Virus record (IMG/VR): IMGVR_UViG_3300017589_000080 | Location: 11,012 to 75,011 of that record | DNA from: a virus | Taxonomy: Duplodnaviria > Caudoviricetes | Strand: one strand, 5' to 3' | Length of the DNA: 64,000 nt | Part shown: positions 37,396 to 47,626 of the stretch, in pieces | Position numbering within the stretch: the first letter of the stretch is position 1 | Layout: every line of letters starts with the position of its first letter | Program-made: the position numbers and the translations under genes | Notes under the pieces: generated by a model | What the model was told of the DNA's origin: nothing | The model's database searches: none | What the model saw: the letters and a program-made list of their open reading frames with translations, nothing else

Positions 37396-38964
37396 GTGGT
37401 GTTTATGCCTTCAATTAATATCCAAGAAACAGATAATACAGTCTATGGCTTGTCAACAGTAACCAATGACAACATTGTATTTATCCCTGGATCAGCAATC
37501 ACTGGTCCATCTGACGAGCCTGTCTTAATTGGCTCTGGTGCAGAATTCATAAGTAAATTCGGACCTTATGCTCCTGAACGTGGAGATAGCACTGTTGGAT
37601 CTACATGGGATTACGCTTATAACCTGTTACTCTATGGTTTACCAGTCCTCTTCAAACGTATTACAACCAAGACCGATGTTGGTGGAACCGTTACATCATT
37701 AGTAACTAAAGCGACTGCAGATTTGAAAGATCTATACACTGAAGTCGGTGTTGTCGTTGGTAAGGTTACTGAGTTGTATGGTGGTTCATATGGTAACTCT
37801 TTAAATGTTACTGTTGAAAGATTAACCACTTCAATTTACTTCAGAGTCTATAGAGATGCTAAGTTGATTGAAAGTGTTCGAGTTATTAACATTACTGTTG
37901 GAGAAACTGAAGCTAACATAAGAGCTAAGTTACTTTTAGCAATTCCAATGTTAAGTTTAACAACTGTCAAAATTGAGATCACTGATCCAATTAAATTTGC
38001 ATTAGCTCCAATTGTAAGTCTTAAGTTGGCTGGTGGTACAGATGCTGATGATGAAGAAGTCTTAGCACAGATCCCAGCATCCTTTGAAGGACTGCTTGAC
38101 AAATATGTTTATGACATTAAATTTGTAACATCTGGTGGATACACTGATTCAACCTCAACCGATACTCCAATCTCTGATGCAATGATTCTGTTAGCAGAAA
38201 CTCGTGGAGATAGTACTTCAATCCTAGACATGCCTTTGGGAACTCCTCCTGAAGATGTCACAAGCTTCTGGACAGCTCTTAATACTTCTTATGGTACAGC
38301 CTTCGGACCTTGGTTCTTTACCAAGCTTAAAGATCGTACAGAGAAGTGGATGCCACCTTCCTTTATATTCTTGAGAGCTCTTGCTAAGTCCTTGAGTGCT
38401 GGAAACAAAATCTGGAACCCACCTGCTGGTGTGAAGAGGGCATCTATTACAGAAGCCATCAAGCCAGAATACGAAATTGGTGGATCAATCCTGGATTCAT
38501 GGCAGGAAACTAATCCACAGTGTGTCAATCCAATTATGAAACTCCGACAGTATGGTTATGTAATCTTCGGTCAGAGAACTCTATATGCAACGATTGATGG
38601 AGCAACTGATAAACGTTCAGGTCTCCAAGAGTTAGGTGTTAGAATAACTGCTAATGAAATTAAACGCTTAATCTTTAATATCTCATTAGGTTTATCCTTT
38701 GACCAGAACACTCTTAGAACTTGGAATGAGTTTAGAGGTCTCTTAGATCCTCAGCTGGCTCAGATGAAAGCCGATCGTGGTATTACAGATTACCAGATAA
38801 TTATGGATGAAACTGTAATTACTGACCAAGATGTAAATGAAAACAAAGTTCGTGGTAATGTTCGAGTTTCAATCACTCGTGCTTCAGAAGACTTTGATAT
38901 CAACTTCGATTTAGATCCACAGTCTACTATCTTCACCGAGACCGTATCCGAATTCATTATTTAA
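37396..38964 (+). CDS. Tail sheath protein
   Basis: MPSINIQETD start; WMPPS, WNPPAG.KR, VNPI....YG.VIFGQRTL, GI.DYQIIMDE...V.G motifs. Confidence 0.93.
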   Translation: MVFMPSINIQETDNTVYGLSTVTNDNIVFIPGSAITGPSDEPVLIGSGAEFISKFGPYAPERGDSTVGSTWDYAYNLLLYGLPVLFKRITTKTDVGGTVTSLVTKATADLKDLYTEVGVVVGKVTELYGGSYGNSLNVTVERLTTSIYFRVYRDAKLIESVRVINITVGETEANIRAKLLLAIPMLSLTTVKIEITDPIKFALAPIVSLKLAGGTDADDEEVLAQIPASFEGLLDKYVYDIKFVTSGGYTDSTSTDTPISDAMILLAETRGDSTSILDMPLGTPPEDVTSFWTALNTSYGTAFGPWFFTKLKDRTEKWMPPSFIFLRALAKSLSAGNKIWNPPAGVKRASITEAIKPEYEIGGSILDSWQETNPQCVNPIMKLRQYGYVIFGQRTLYATIDGATDKRSGLQELGVRITANEIKRLIFNISLGLSFDQNTLRTWNEFRGLLDPQLAQMKADRGITDYQIIMDETVITDQDVNENKVRGNVRVSITRASEDFDINFDLDPQSTIFTETVSEFII

Positions 38965-38986
38965 TTAGAAAGGTGGTAAAAGTAAT

Positions 38987-39547
38987 ATGCCAAGAAATAC
39001 TCCGTTACAATTAGGAACTTATCATATGGTACAGAATGCTGGCTTTGAACCTCAAAGAAACAATAACTTTGAAGTCCAGATTATTGATATTGGATCACTT
39101 AAGTCTGTCGATAAAGGCAATTCACTTCCTTCAAACGCAAGTGACTTGATAACTTTATCAGTGGCATCTTATGCTGCTCCACAAATTAATATCTCAGCAA
39201 TCAGTGTTGCCTATGGTAATAACAAGATTAAGTATGCAGGTGTTCCTGAATTCCCAGATTCAACTATTGTACTTAATGACTACATTGGTGTTAACATCGA
39301 AAGAATCTTATCTGCATGGCAAAAATTGGTTTACAATCCTAAGACTCAGGCAATTGGTAATGCAGTTGATTATAAGAAGGTTGGATATCTGTTAGAATTC
39401 GATCCTTCTGGACAACAGTGTCGACAATGGCAACTTAACGGTGTCTGGCCGACTCAGTTACAGCTTGGTGACTTTAATCAAGAAGGTAACAGCGTTCGAC
39501 AGATTACTATGTCTCTTAGTTATGATCATATTATTCCTCTGGACTGA
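38987..39547 (+). CDS. Tail tube protein (T4 gp19-like)
   Basis: Follows sheath; R.NNFEV, IKYAG..EF, W.L.GVWPT.LQLG motifs. Confidence 0.88.
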   Translation: MPRNTPLQLGTYHMVQNAGFEPQRNNNFEVQIIDIGSLKSVDKGNSLPSNASDLITLSVASYAAPQINISAISVAYGNNKIKYAGVPEFPDSTIVLNDYIGVNIERILSAWQKLVYNPKTQAIGNAVDYKKVGYLLEFDPSGQQCRQWQLNGVWPTQLQLGDFNQEGNSVRQITMSLSYDHIIPLD

Positions 39548-39709
39548 TATATAACCAAGATTGATTCGAGTTCACTTGTAAGAACTTATTGAGTATACCA
39601 AATTCAGTTGATTAAAACAAAGCCTAAGAGGTTTCCGCAAAAGAACTTAAAACATTCTGGAGACCTCTGAGAGCTTTATCTATTATTATATTTCTAGGAG
39701 GAAATTACA

Positions 39710-40474
39710 ATGGTAAAAAGAACAAACACAAGACTGTCAATTCAAGAAACTCATGAGATTCCAAGTCGTGGAATTTTATATGATGGAGTCCCTTCAACAT
39801 TAACATTAAGGGCAATGGATACACTGGATGAGAAAAGACGTTTATCTGGCGTTGGCTATCCTGCAATCGCTGATTTAATTAATGGTTGTATCACTGATAA
39901 CGACACCGTTGATGCTAGACAACTTAAGCTGCAGGATTTACAATTCTTAATGTATAAGCTCAGGATAGAAACCTATGGTCCAGATTATAAACTTAACTTA
40001 ATGTGCCCTAATCCAAAGTGTTATAAGACTGGTGAGTTTACAATAAATCTCGATACGCTCCCGATAACTTATCTAGAAGATGACTTCTCAGAACCTTTCT
40101 TAATCGAGAAATTACCTAAGAGTGGTGACATTATTGAAGCAAGACTGATGTCTGTTTCAGATTATATTTCTTTAGACAATGACGTAAAGAGAACGCTTGC
40201 TAAGAATAAGGACTATGAGGGCGACCCAGAGATTATTATTAAACCAACCTATCAGATTGTCAAGGTTAACGGAGAAGAGATTCCATCATATAAAAGACAG
40301 ACGTATGTTGAGAAAATGCATGCAATGGACAGACGATTCTTTGATTGTAAATATTTAGAAGTATTCAACAGTTTTGGTCTAGATACACAAATGGTAGAGA
40401 TCTGCCCAGTGTGTGGAGAGGAGATCCTTTTCGACCTGCCTGTGACGGACGAGTTCTTTCGACCCACATACTAA
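39710..40474 (+). CDS. Tail/baseplate hub assembly chaperone (T4 gp26-like)
   Basis: PSRG..Y, LRAM...DEK, D.QFLMY.LRI.TYG.DY, CPNPKC and CPVCG motifs. Confidence 0.8.
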   Translation: MVKRTNTRLSIQETHEIPSRGILYDGVPSTLTLRAMDTLDEKRRLSGVGYPAIADLINGCITDNDTVDARQLKLQDLQFLMYKLRIETYGPDYKLNLMCPNPKCYKTGEFTINLDTLPITYLEDDFSEPFLIEKLPKSGDIIEARLMSVSDYISLDNDVKRTLAKNKDYEGDPEIIIKPTYQIVKVNGEEIPSYKRQTYVEKMHAMDRRFFDCKYLEVFNSFGLDTQMVEICPVCGEEILFDLPVTDEFFRPTY

Positions 40475-40682
40475 GCTTGATGATGGGCGATGGTATCGAC
40501 AAGTCAAATATGAACACATACTTGAAGAACAAACGAGGATAGCTTATTACAGCAAAGGTGGCATATCGATCTCAGATACTGACAAGGTTACTGAGTTCGA
40601 TAGAAAACTGATCCTCAAAGCAATGAGCAAAATTGTTGAAGAGGAACGTTCTGCAAGCACTCCTGGTGTTCGATATAATTAA
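40446..40682 (+). CDS. Start-less gp51-like reading frame, probably the frameshift extension of 39710
   Basis: Open from 40446 to TAA 40680-82: ...ILEEQTRIAYYSKGGISISDTDKVTEFDRKLILKAMSKIVEEE...; no in-frame ATG/GTG/TTG before its last 15 codons. Confidence 0.65.
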   Translation, partial: RTSSFDPHTKLDDGRWYRQVKYEHILEEQTRIAYYSKGGISISDTDKVTEFDRKLILKAMSKIVEEERSASTPGVRYN

Positions 40683-40705
40683 ATTATGAATTGGAGGTGA
40701 AGATA

Positions 40706-43700
40706 TTGGCAAATGACAAAGGCAAGACACCTGATAATGACTCGAATAAAAATAACAGTGATCCTCTAGGAACCAAAAGAAGTAATCCTTTTAGATCTAA
40801 TAAGACTGACAAATATGATTTTATTTCAGTGGATGTTAAAGGTGTCTCAAAAGACGTTGAAAAGATCTTCAGTGTTGCTAAGTCTGAATTATCCAGTTAT
40901 AATAAAGTTTACAATAAAACTATTGATAACATGATCTCTTATACAGAGAAGAGTTATGACTCAATGTATTCTAGATTAAGAAGCAAACACAACTCTTATA
41001 TGTCAGACATCTATGGCAGTCAAAAAACTAATGCTGCCAAGATGGATGACTTGTTTGGTAAGCCTGTTAAGAAGCAGATTATTATTGACTCACAAGGTAC
41101 TGTTAAGAACCTTGATGCAGTTGCTCCTTCAAATAAGGAACCAACTGACAAAGAATCTAAAGGTCTTGTTCAACATGGTGCTGAACTCATTGTTGGAACG
41201 CTTGAAAAGTATCTTGATATTTGGATTGATCGTTTCTTAAATGGTGTTAATAAAATTGCTGGAACCTATGAAGCAACTTACAAAGGTGTTTCAGTAATGA
41301 TGAATGAAAACCAATCTCAATACATGGGTTGGCAGACATCTGCAATGGGTGAGATTAAGAACATGGGTCTCACTAACAATGTCGCAATAAGTGCTGTAAT
41401 GAGTGAGTTGTCTGACATTACTAAGATGGGTGTTATTGGTGAACGTGCTAAGAATAAGGCTCTTGCTGATACAATTAGTAAGACTCTTTCTCCATACATT
41501 AGCACAACTACAGATGCTTATACAGATCTACAGTTCAAACTTGGTGACAACTTCACAACCTCAATGAGAGGAATGGGAGCATCAATACAAGAACAAACAG
41601 GTCAGTTAAGATTCTTAGTTAAGAATGCTGATGACATTTTAACAAACATGGAACCAATGTTCTTGAATGCTAAATCAGATTCCTTTGATAAACAATTCTC
41701 ACAGATGGCAGGAACGCTTGAACAAATGGTTGCTTCTGGAGATATTACATCAGTTCAAGCTGAACAGTATAAACAAGACACTTATAGTTTAGTAATGGAT
41801 CAATATGGAACATTACAGAATGGAACGACTGCTCAAATAACTGCCCTTAATGACATGTACAACAAGGGTGTTAATCCTGAAGATGATATTGCTAAAACAT
41901 TGGCAACCTATGGTAAAACCTCTGCTGATCTTATGAATCTTGCAGATACATCTGGTGTCTTTGGTGGTGTTAACAGAAGTGCTGTTGGTACAAATCTTGT
42001 TGGTGGTAGTTCACAAATGTGGTACACTCCTGAAGAATCATCAACATGGATAGAAGCTCTTAATAAGATGTCTGAGATAGATCCAAATGCTTCTGGAGAA
42101 CAACTTCTTAAACAACTTGAAGATGACAAGTACACCACAGCATTAGAAGCAAAAGATACATGGACAGAAAATCAATCTTTAGCAACTGCTCAATTCAAAC
42201 AGACTTATCCTGATGCTTATACATTATTAGAAGGAATGGCATTGTCTTTAAAAGCAATTGTATTTGCAACTGCTGCATCTGGCATTACTAACCTCTTCTC
42301 TGGTAGTGGATCTTCTGCAGTTGGAAAGATGTTTGGTAATGGTACTGGTAAGATTATCAGTGAGTCAACTGCTCTTGGTGCCAAAGAAGCAATCAAAACA
42401 ACAGGATCTAAATTCTTGACTTCTGCAACAAGTATTCTAAGCACTAATGCTGCAAAGATTGTCGGTGGTGCTGGTGGTGCTTTAGCTCTTGGACTTGATG
42501 CCTATCAAGGATATAAGAAAGCTGATGAATGGAAGACAAGTCAAACTGCTTCTGCTGTTGGTGGTGCTCTTGGTGGATCTGGTAAAGGTCTTGGAGAAGG
42601 TGGACTAATAGAGGTTGGTGGGAACATTGCTCTCAACGCATTGAAAGGTGCTGCAATTGGAACAATCTTTGGACCAGTTGGAACATTAGTTGGTGCTGGA
42701 GTTGGTGGATTGTTTGGTGCCATTGGTGGTAAACGATTTGCAGAGGGCATGGATACTGTTACAGATACGTTAGGGAAGTTTGGAAAACAAATAAGTGGAT
42801 CTACAAATGCTTTCTCAGAAACAATGGGGAAACTTGAAGATCAATTTAAAAACCAGACAGAGATAATGAAAGATGAACATAACACCAATGTTACTCAGAT
42901 GGAAGACCTTAAGAAGACTTGGGAATCTGCTACAACTCTTGAAGAGAAACGCAAGATCCTAGTTGATAAAGGAATCATGACGAATGAAGAGGCATCCAAT
43001 TCAACATCTGCTAAGCTCGAATCAATGTTTGAAAACTATTACAAAGACTCAACTACTCAGGAAGAAGTCAGAACAACTGCAGAGAAAGAGTATTACAAAG
43101 AACGACAGAAAGCTACAGAAGACCAGTTCAATGCTGACTTAGATAAGAACAAACAAATATTAAAAGACCAATTAAAATCTAAGACAGGTGATGAATTAAA
43201 AGCCTTCGGAGAAGACATTGGATTAAATGAACAACAAATTAAAAACATCCAAAACTCTAAAGGCAAGTTCAATGAAGAGAATCTTATTAATGCTATCATC
43301 AACAATACTTCAAAGGTTGGAGAAGGTGCAACTGATACAGAGAACTCTAAGATCTTAAACAAGAAGTATAATTTAAGTTTGAATGGTCTTGATCCTGAAC
43401 AAGCTGCAGTTGACAATGCTGCATACGCTACAAAGATGGCAGAAGAGAAAGCTAAGACTGCAACTGCTGAAGCTACTAAGGCTCCAACTAAGACAGTAAA
43501 CTTTGGCATGGGAAATATTCTTGGATATGCTGTTGGAGATGATCTTGTTTCTAAAGACTCCATTGTTAAGGTACACCAAGATGAAGGAATCTTAACGAAG
43601 GATGACAATCGGGAATACAGAAAAGTTCAGCAAGCAGTTCCAGTAATAAGTGATTTCATTAATAAAGCGTCATCTTTGACAGCTACAAATAACACTGACA

Positions 43701-43906
43701 ATACAAGTAATCAGACTATTGATCTTGACAACACTGATGTTATTAAAGCACTGTATGATATTGCAAATAATATTGTGACAGCAGTCAAAGGAATCAGTGT
43801 CGGCAAGGATACGACAGCAACAAATAATCTATTATCAAAAGGTGGAACCTCGAGTTATGATTTTAACTTGACAAACTTAGTCCCATCAATGCCAACTAAC
43901 AGGTAG
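40706..43906 (+). CDS. Tape measure protein
   Basis: About 1066 aa, helical, with Gly/Ala-rich hydrophobic stretches and a C-terminal YAVG...VH.DE.IL motif. Start moved to TTG 40706 after GGAGGTG. Confidence 0.88.
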   Translation: MANDKGKTPDNDSNKNNSDPLGTKRSNPFRSNKTDKYDFISVDVKGVSKDVEKIFSVAKSELSSYNKVYNKTIDNMISYTEKSYDSMYSRLRSKHNSYMSDIYGSQKTNAAKMDDLFGKPVKKQIIIDSQGTVKNLDAVAPSNKEPTDKESKGLVQHGAELIVGTLEKYLDIWIDRFLNGVNKIAGTYEATYKGVSVMMNENQSQYMGWQTSAMGEIKNMGLTNNVAISAVMSELSDITKMGVIGERAKNKALADTISKTLSPYISTTTDAYTDLQFKLGDNFTTSMRGMGASIQEQTGQLRFLVKNADDILTNMEPMFLNAKSDSFDKQFSQMAGTLEQMVASGDITSVQAEQYKQDTYSLVMDQYGTLQNGTTAQITALNDMYNKGVNPEDDIAKTLATYGKTSADLMNLADTSGVFGGVNRSAVGTNLVGGSSQMWYTPEESSTWIEALNKMSEIDPNASGEQLLKQLEDDKYTTALEAKDTWTENQSLATAQFKQTYPDAYTLLEGMALSLKAIVFATAASGITNLFSGSGSSAVGKMFGNGTGKIISESTALGAKEAIKTTGSKFLTSATSILSTNAAKIVGGAGGALALGLDAYQGYKKADEWKTSQTASAVGGALGGSGKGLGEGGLIEVGGNIALNALKGAAIGTIFGPVGTLVGAGVGGLFGAIGGKRFAEGMDTVTDTLGKFGKQISGSTNAFSETMGKLEDQFKNQTEIMKDEHNTNVTQMEDLKKTWESATTLEEKRKILVDKGIMTNEEASNSTSAKLESMFENYYKDSTTQEEVRTTAEKEYYKERQKATEDQFNADLDKNKQILKDQLKSKTGDELKAFGEDIGLNEQQIKNIQNSKGKFNEENLINAIINNTSKVGEGATDTENSKILNKKYNLSLNGLDPEQAAVDNAAYATKMAEEKAKTATAEATKAPTKTVNFGMGNILGYAVGDDLVSKDSIVKVHQDEGILTKDDNREYRKVQQAVPVISDFINKASSLTATNNTDNTSNQTIDLDNTDVIKALYDIANNIVTAVKGISVGKDTTATNNLLSKGGTSSYDFNLTNLVPSMPTNR

Positions 43907-43913
43907 GTGAGAA

Positions 43914-45320
43914 ATGAATTTAAACTATGAAAGTAATAACTATCTTGTCAAGTATCTACAGACATTCTTGCAAGAGAATTATTCAACGTCAATAAATGTA
44001 TCTGGTCGATATGATTCTGAAACACATGAATACCTTTTAAATTACCTAAGACTACCAAACACTTCTAACATTGAGATAATAAACACTGCATTGAAAGCTG
44101 ATTTTGTTGAGCTTTTTGACAGGTTCATCTTATACAGAAGTAGCAGTGATTTAGTATTTGTAAGTAAGGTTTATGACACAGATACGATAAGATACATTGA
44201 TGATATCCGATATGAATTGTCTGATTATGTTAACAAATATGGCTATGTAATCTCTGAGTTATCTAACTCTAACAATAGCGATACAACAAAATTAAGAATA
44301 GTCATTAAAGGGAAAGATAAGAAAGACTTATTTCCAAACAAAGATATGTTATGTCTTGTCAATTCCTTTAATAACAGATACATCTACAACATGGCAATCG
44401 TTGATAATATTGGTCAGGATGACATCCTCCATGAATCAGCTGGATACAAAGTTGGAGTTATTCCATGTGAACCAAATACAACTTATGGAATTTGCCATGG
44501 TTATGATCATACAACACCAATCGTAGTATCTTCAAGTATGCATAGTTTAAAAGAAATAAGTCTTGGAGACATCTCAGTTGATAACACTGTTAGTGTAAAC
44601 TTAGGTGTCTCCACCTTTTTAAATTACACTACATCAGATACTTGCAAACATTTATTAATTCAGATGCCACACACAAGTAATATTATAGACAAGACAACAA
44701 CTGTTAAAGTTCCTGTGCTTGTTGGTGATGTTAATCTTGACAACGTTGTTAATAAGACTGATAGAGATCTGTTAAAAGGATTCATTGATTCTAATACAGT
44801 CTTAAAAGGAATGCAATTCGTTGCAGCAAATACAGATACATCTCATAAGACAAATGGTCAACAGGTCATTGACAACTGGGATCTTGCAAAACTTGATGAT
44901 TATCTGGAGGGTGTTGTTGGGAACCTTGGCGTTGTCTATTATGATCAATTAATAAATGATGGGACAAGCGATTACAATAAACTCCTTGTAATTCAAGGGG
45001 ACTACTCTAATCTTAATGTTCCTGCTGAAGAATTCATTACAGATCCTTGGTCTGTCCATGGTAAGTTCTTAAATTATCTTATGGACATTGGGATTACAGG
45101 TTACAGTAATCAAGATGATATTTATTATGCACAGAAGCTTATTGGGAAATTATATACCAGTTATTCTTACAATCCAGGGTTATTCGATTCTGAAATGAGA
45201 ACATACATCAAAGAGTTCCAAGACTCAAGAGATATAAATTTCTCCTTTGGATATCTTGATGTTGAAACAGAAGCTGAGATATTAAAAATATTATCAGATA
45301 AAGGAGGTATCTCAGTATGA
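43914..45320 (+). CDS. Tail/baseplate protein with dockerin domain and PG-binding-like ends
   Basis: GDVNLDNVVNKTDRDLLK is a dockerin Ca-binding loop; second repeat AANTD...VIDNWDL..LDDYL; VKYLQTFL...VSGRYDSET and GLFD.EM..YIKEFQ...GYLD.ET resemble PG_binding_1. Confidence 0.7.
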   Translation: MNLNYESNNYLVKYLQTFLQENYSTSINVSGRYDSETHEYLLNYLRLPNTSNIEIINTALKADFVELFDRFILYRSSSDLVFVSKVYDTDTIRYIDDIRYELSDYVNKYGYVISELSNSNNSDTTKLRIVIKGKDKKDLFPNKDMLCLVNSFNNRYIYNMAIVDNIGQDDILHESAGYKVGVIPCEPNTTYGICHGYDHTTPIVVSSSMHSLKEISLGDISVDNTVSVNLGVSTFLNYTTSDTCKHLLIQMPHTSNIIDKTTTVKVPVLVGDVNLDNVVNKTDRDLLKGFIDSNTVLKGMQFVAANTDTSHKTNGQQVIDNWDLAKLDDYLEGVVGNLGVVYYDQLINDGTSDYNKLLVIQGDYSNLNVPAEEFITDPWSVHGKFLNYLMDIGITGYSNQDDIYYAQKLIGKLYTSYSYNPGLFDSEMRTYIKEFQDSRDINFSFGYLDVETEAEILKILSDKGGISV

Positions 45321-45796
45321 TAGGGTGTTATGTTTCATTAAACACAATAAAAGATAATGTAGCAATAGAACTTCCAAGTTATCCAGATGAATTATCAGAT
45401 AATACCAGTGCTAACTGGGCTGATCAAACAATAGTCGGAAGAAGTTCACCGATTGCAGCATTCACTGGAACTGGTTATAGAAATGTGAGCTTTAACTTCT
45501 TGATGCATCGTGAGATGGCTAATAACATTGAAGAGGTTATAAAGTTTCTAAGGTCTACAGTCTATCCTTCTTATCAAGCTTCTGGATTAATACCTCCAAT
45601 AACAACTTTCAGATTTGGAGCCTTCAGAATAAAAGGAATTGTAAGATCTGTTGGCTTCGTTTTCAAGAAACCAATTATTAATGAGGTCTATCAACTTTGT
45701 GAAGTTTCAATAAACATTGACAGTACACCAGAAAATGTAATTGATGTTGATTATATCATGTACTCAAGTTCAGCTATGAATCCAATGAATGACTAA
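45317..45796 (+). CDS. Tail tube initiator / baseplate protein
   Basis: PDELSD...W....IVGRSSPI..F..TG.R.VSF.F pattern of contractile-system tube-initiator proteins. Confidence 0.7.
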   Translation: MIGCYVSLNTIKDNVAIELPSYPDELSDNTSANWADQTIVGRSSPIAAFTGTGYRNVSFNFLMHREMANNIEEVIKFLRSTVYPSYQASGLIPPITTFRFGAFRIKGIVRSVGFVFKKPIINEVYQLCEVSINIDSTPENVIDVDYIMYSSSAMNPMND

Positions 45797-45807
45797 AGGA
45801 GATAACT

Positions 45808-46233
45808 ATGAGTGATTACAGACCAAAGTTTGATCAATATAAATATCCAATGTCACCTGCATATTTATCTAATCTTAGGGATATTTATTATGATGTTGAG
45901 TATGTGAAGCCAGCGATATATAAATATGTTTCAAGATATCAGGAAACAAGACAGATAATAGATGCTGAGACAAGAAATGTACATCATGAGACATTTAATT
46001 ACAAGGTTATTAAAGAGAGTAAAGAAGATAAGTATCTTACTGTTGATAACATTAGTGCTAATCGTCTTGACATTATTTCCCTGTATGAATATGGGAGTCC
46101 AACTTATTGGTGGGTGTTAGCAGTTGCTAATAATATCTTAGATCCATTCAATATTTCTCTCGATACAATAATAAGAATCCCTCCATTATTTGCTCTTTAT
46201 AATAAAGGAGGTGTGTTAGAAGATGCCTACTAA
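45808..46233 (+). CDS. Baseplate wedge protein (gp53/LysM-like)
   Basis: RLDIISLYEYGSPTYWWVLAVANNILDPF...IRIP. Confidence 0.85.
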   Translation: MSDYRPKFDQYKYPMSPAYLSNLRDIYYDVEYVKPAIYKYVSRYQETRQIIDAETRNVHHETFNYKVIKESKEDKYLTVDNISANRLDIISLYEYGSPTYWWVLAVANNILDPFNISLDTIIRIPPLFALYNKGGVLEDAY

Positions 46234-47626
46234 GTCAGAAGGTATTAAAGTTCTAAATAACACACTCTCCTCTCTTAACACAATCCTAACCAAGTCTTAT
46301 TACAGTGTCTGGGTTAAGTTTACCATTGGAGAATTTGTAATAAATACAGCTTCAATGGAGAATAATTACTTTATGCACCTTGAAAACGTTAAGAATGGGA
46401 CTGGTCAAGCTAATCAATTTACGATTACTTTGGCATATGTTCCAAGACTTGGACCTGGATTGTCAGGTACTATTTACGACGCAGACTATTTAGATCAAAT
46501 AATTGTTCAGTCGAATAGAAAGTGCAAAATACAATATGGATATAGTCACAGCCAAGATAACTTGATTTCACCTGAGTACAATGGCATGATTATAGACTAT
46601 GGAATTGAAATAAGAGATGGCATGTTGTTATACACTCTTACAGGTTACAGTGGTTTGGTTGCAATTGCAAACACTTCTTTAAACTTTGATGCTAAGAAGA
46701 ATATGAAACCAACAGAAGCAGTTGCAGAAGAATTAACTGCTAAGCTTGCTAATCTCGGATACACAGTTGAATGGGAAGATGGTGTAAAAGGCTCTGATAA
46801 ATTGCCAACAAGTACAGATGACTCAAAGACTCCAATTATTCCAGCGATGTCAGATGTAACTTTATTTCAATATGTTGATTCAGTCCTTGGAATGGCTGTC
46901 TATGAAGGAAACGATATTAATACAGATGATCCTCTGAAATTATCCACTTATTATTATAACATAAGTGATAGTGACATGAAGATTTACATTGGTAGGAACG
47001 ATCCAACAGAAGAATCTGTAAATACTCAGTCAGCTATCTTTGTATTCAATTGGATGGACAGAACTAATAACATTGTTCTTGATTTCAAGCCAGACTTCAA
47101 AGGTTCTGTACTAATGTCTATGGCATCTCAGATAGCTTCAGATTCTTATGCTATTGGACCTGATGGTAAGAAAGTTGATAACACAAGATACATAAGCAAC
47201 TTTCCAATTGCAGGTGGTCAAGCAGTAGAAGATGGTGTTGCTGATGTATTAACATGGTCAGATGCAGTTAAGATATCTTATAAAGCCACTCTTATGTTGG
47301 TTGGTGTTCCTTGTGAAGTTCCAATAGGTGCTTACATTAAAGTAGTTCCTTTAATTTATGGCAAACCTCATCACACTCAAGGAACTTATATGGTTACAAA
47401 ATGCACTGACATAATTGATTCAGGTGGGTTTATCTCTTCTTTAAATCTTGTTAAGATTAATTCAGAAGAGGTTACTAACTTTACAACAATGATTAGTCAG
47501 ACAAGTGCATCAAGTAATATGCCAGCAAAATCTGAAATGAATTACAAGTACCAGGAAACAAAAGATAAGAATTTAGCTAATGGTAAAACAGAGAATGGTG
47601 GAGGTATCAATAATGGCGGAAGTTAA
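46223..47626 (+). CDS. Baseplate hub protein (gp27/late control D-like)
   Basis: Position between gp53-like and spike genes; KIQYGY and ATL..VG...V..G....G.Y.V....D.I...GF.S.L.L patterns. Confidence 0.75.
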   Translation: MPTKSEGIKVLNNTLSSLNTILTKSYYSVWVKFTIGEFVINTASMENNYFMHLENVKNGTGQANQFTITLAYVPRLGPGLSGTIYDADYLDQIIVQSNRKCKIQYGYSHSQDNLISPEYNGMIIDYGIEIRDGMLLYTLTGYSGLVAIANTSLNFDAKKNMKPTEAVAEELTAKLANLGYTVEWEDGVKGSDKLPTSTDDSKTPIIPAMSDVTLFQYVDSVLGMAVYEGNDINTDDPLKLSTYYYNISDSDMKIYIGRNDPTEESVNTQSAIFVFNWMDRTNNIVLDFKPDFKGSVLMSMASQIASDSYAIGPDGKKVDNTRYISNFPIAGGQAVEDGVADVLTWSDAVKISYKATLMLVGVPCEVPIGAYIKVVPLIYGKPHHTQGTYMVTKCTDIIDSGGFISSLNLVKINSEEVTNFTTMISQTSASSNMPAKSEMNYKYQETKDKNLANGKTENGGGINNGGS

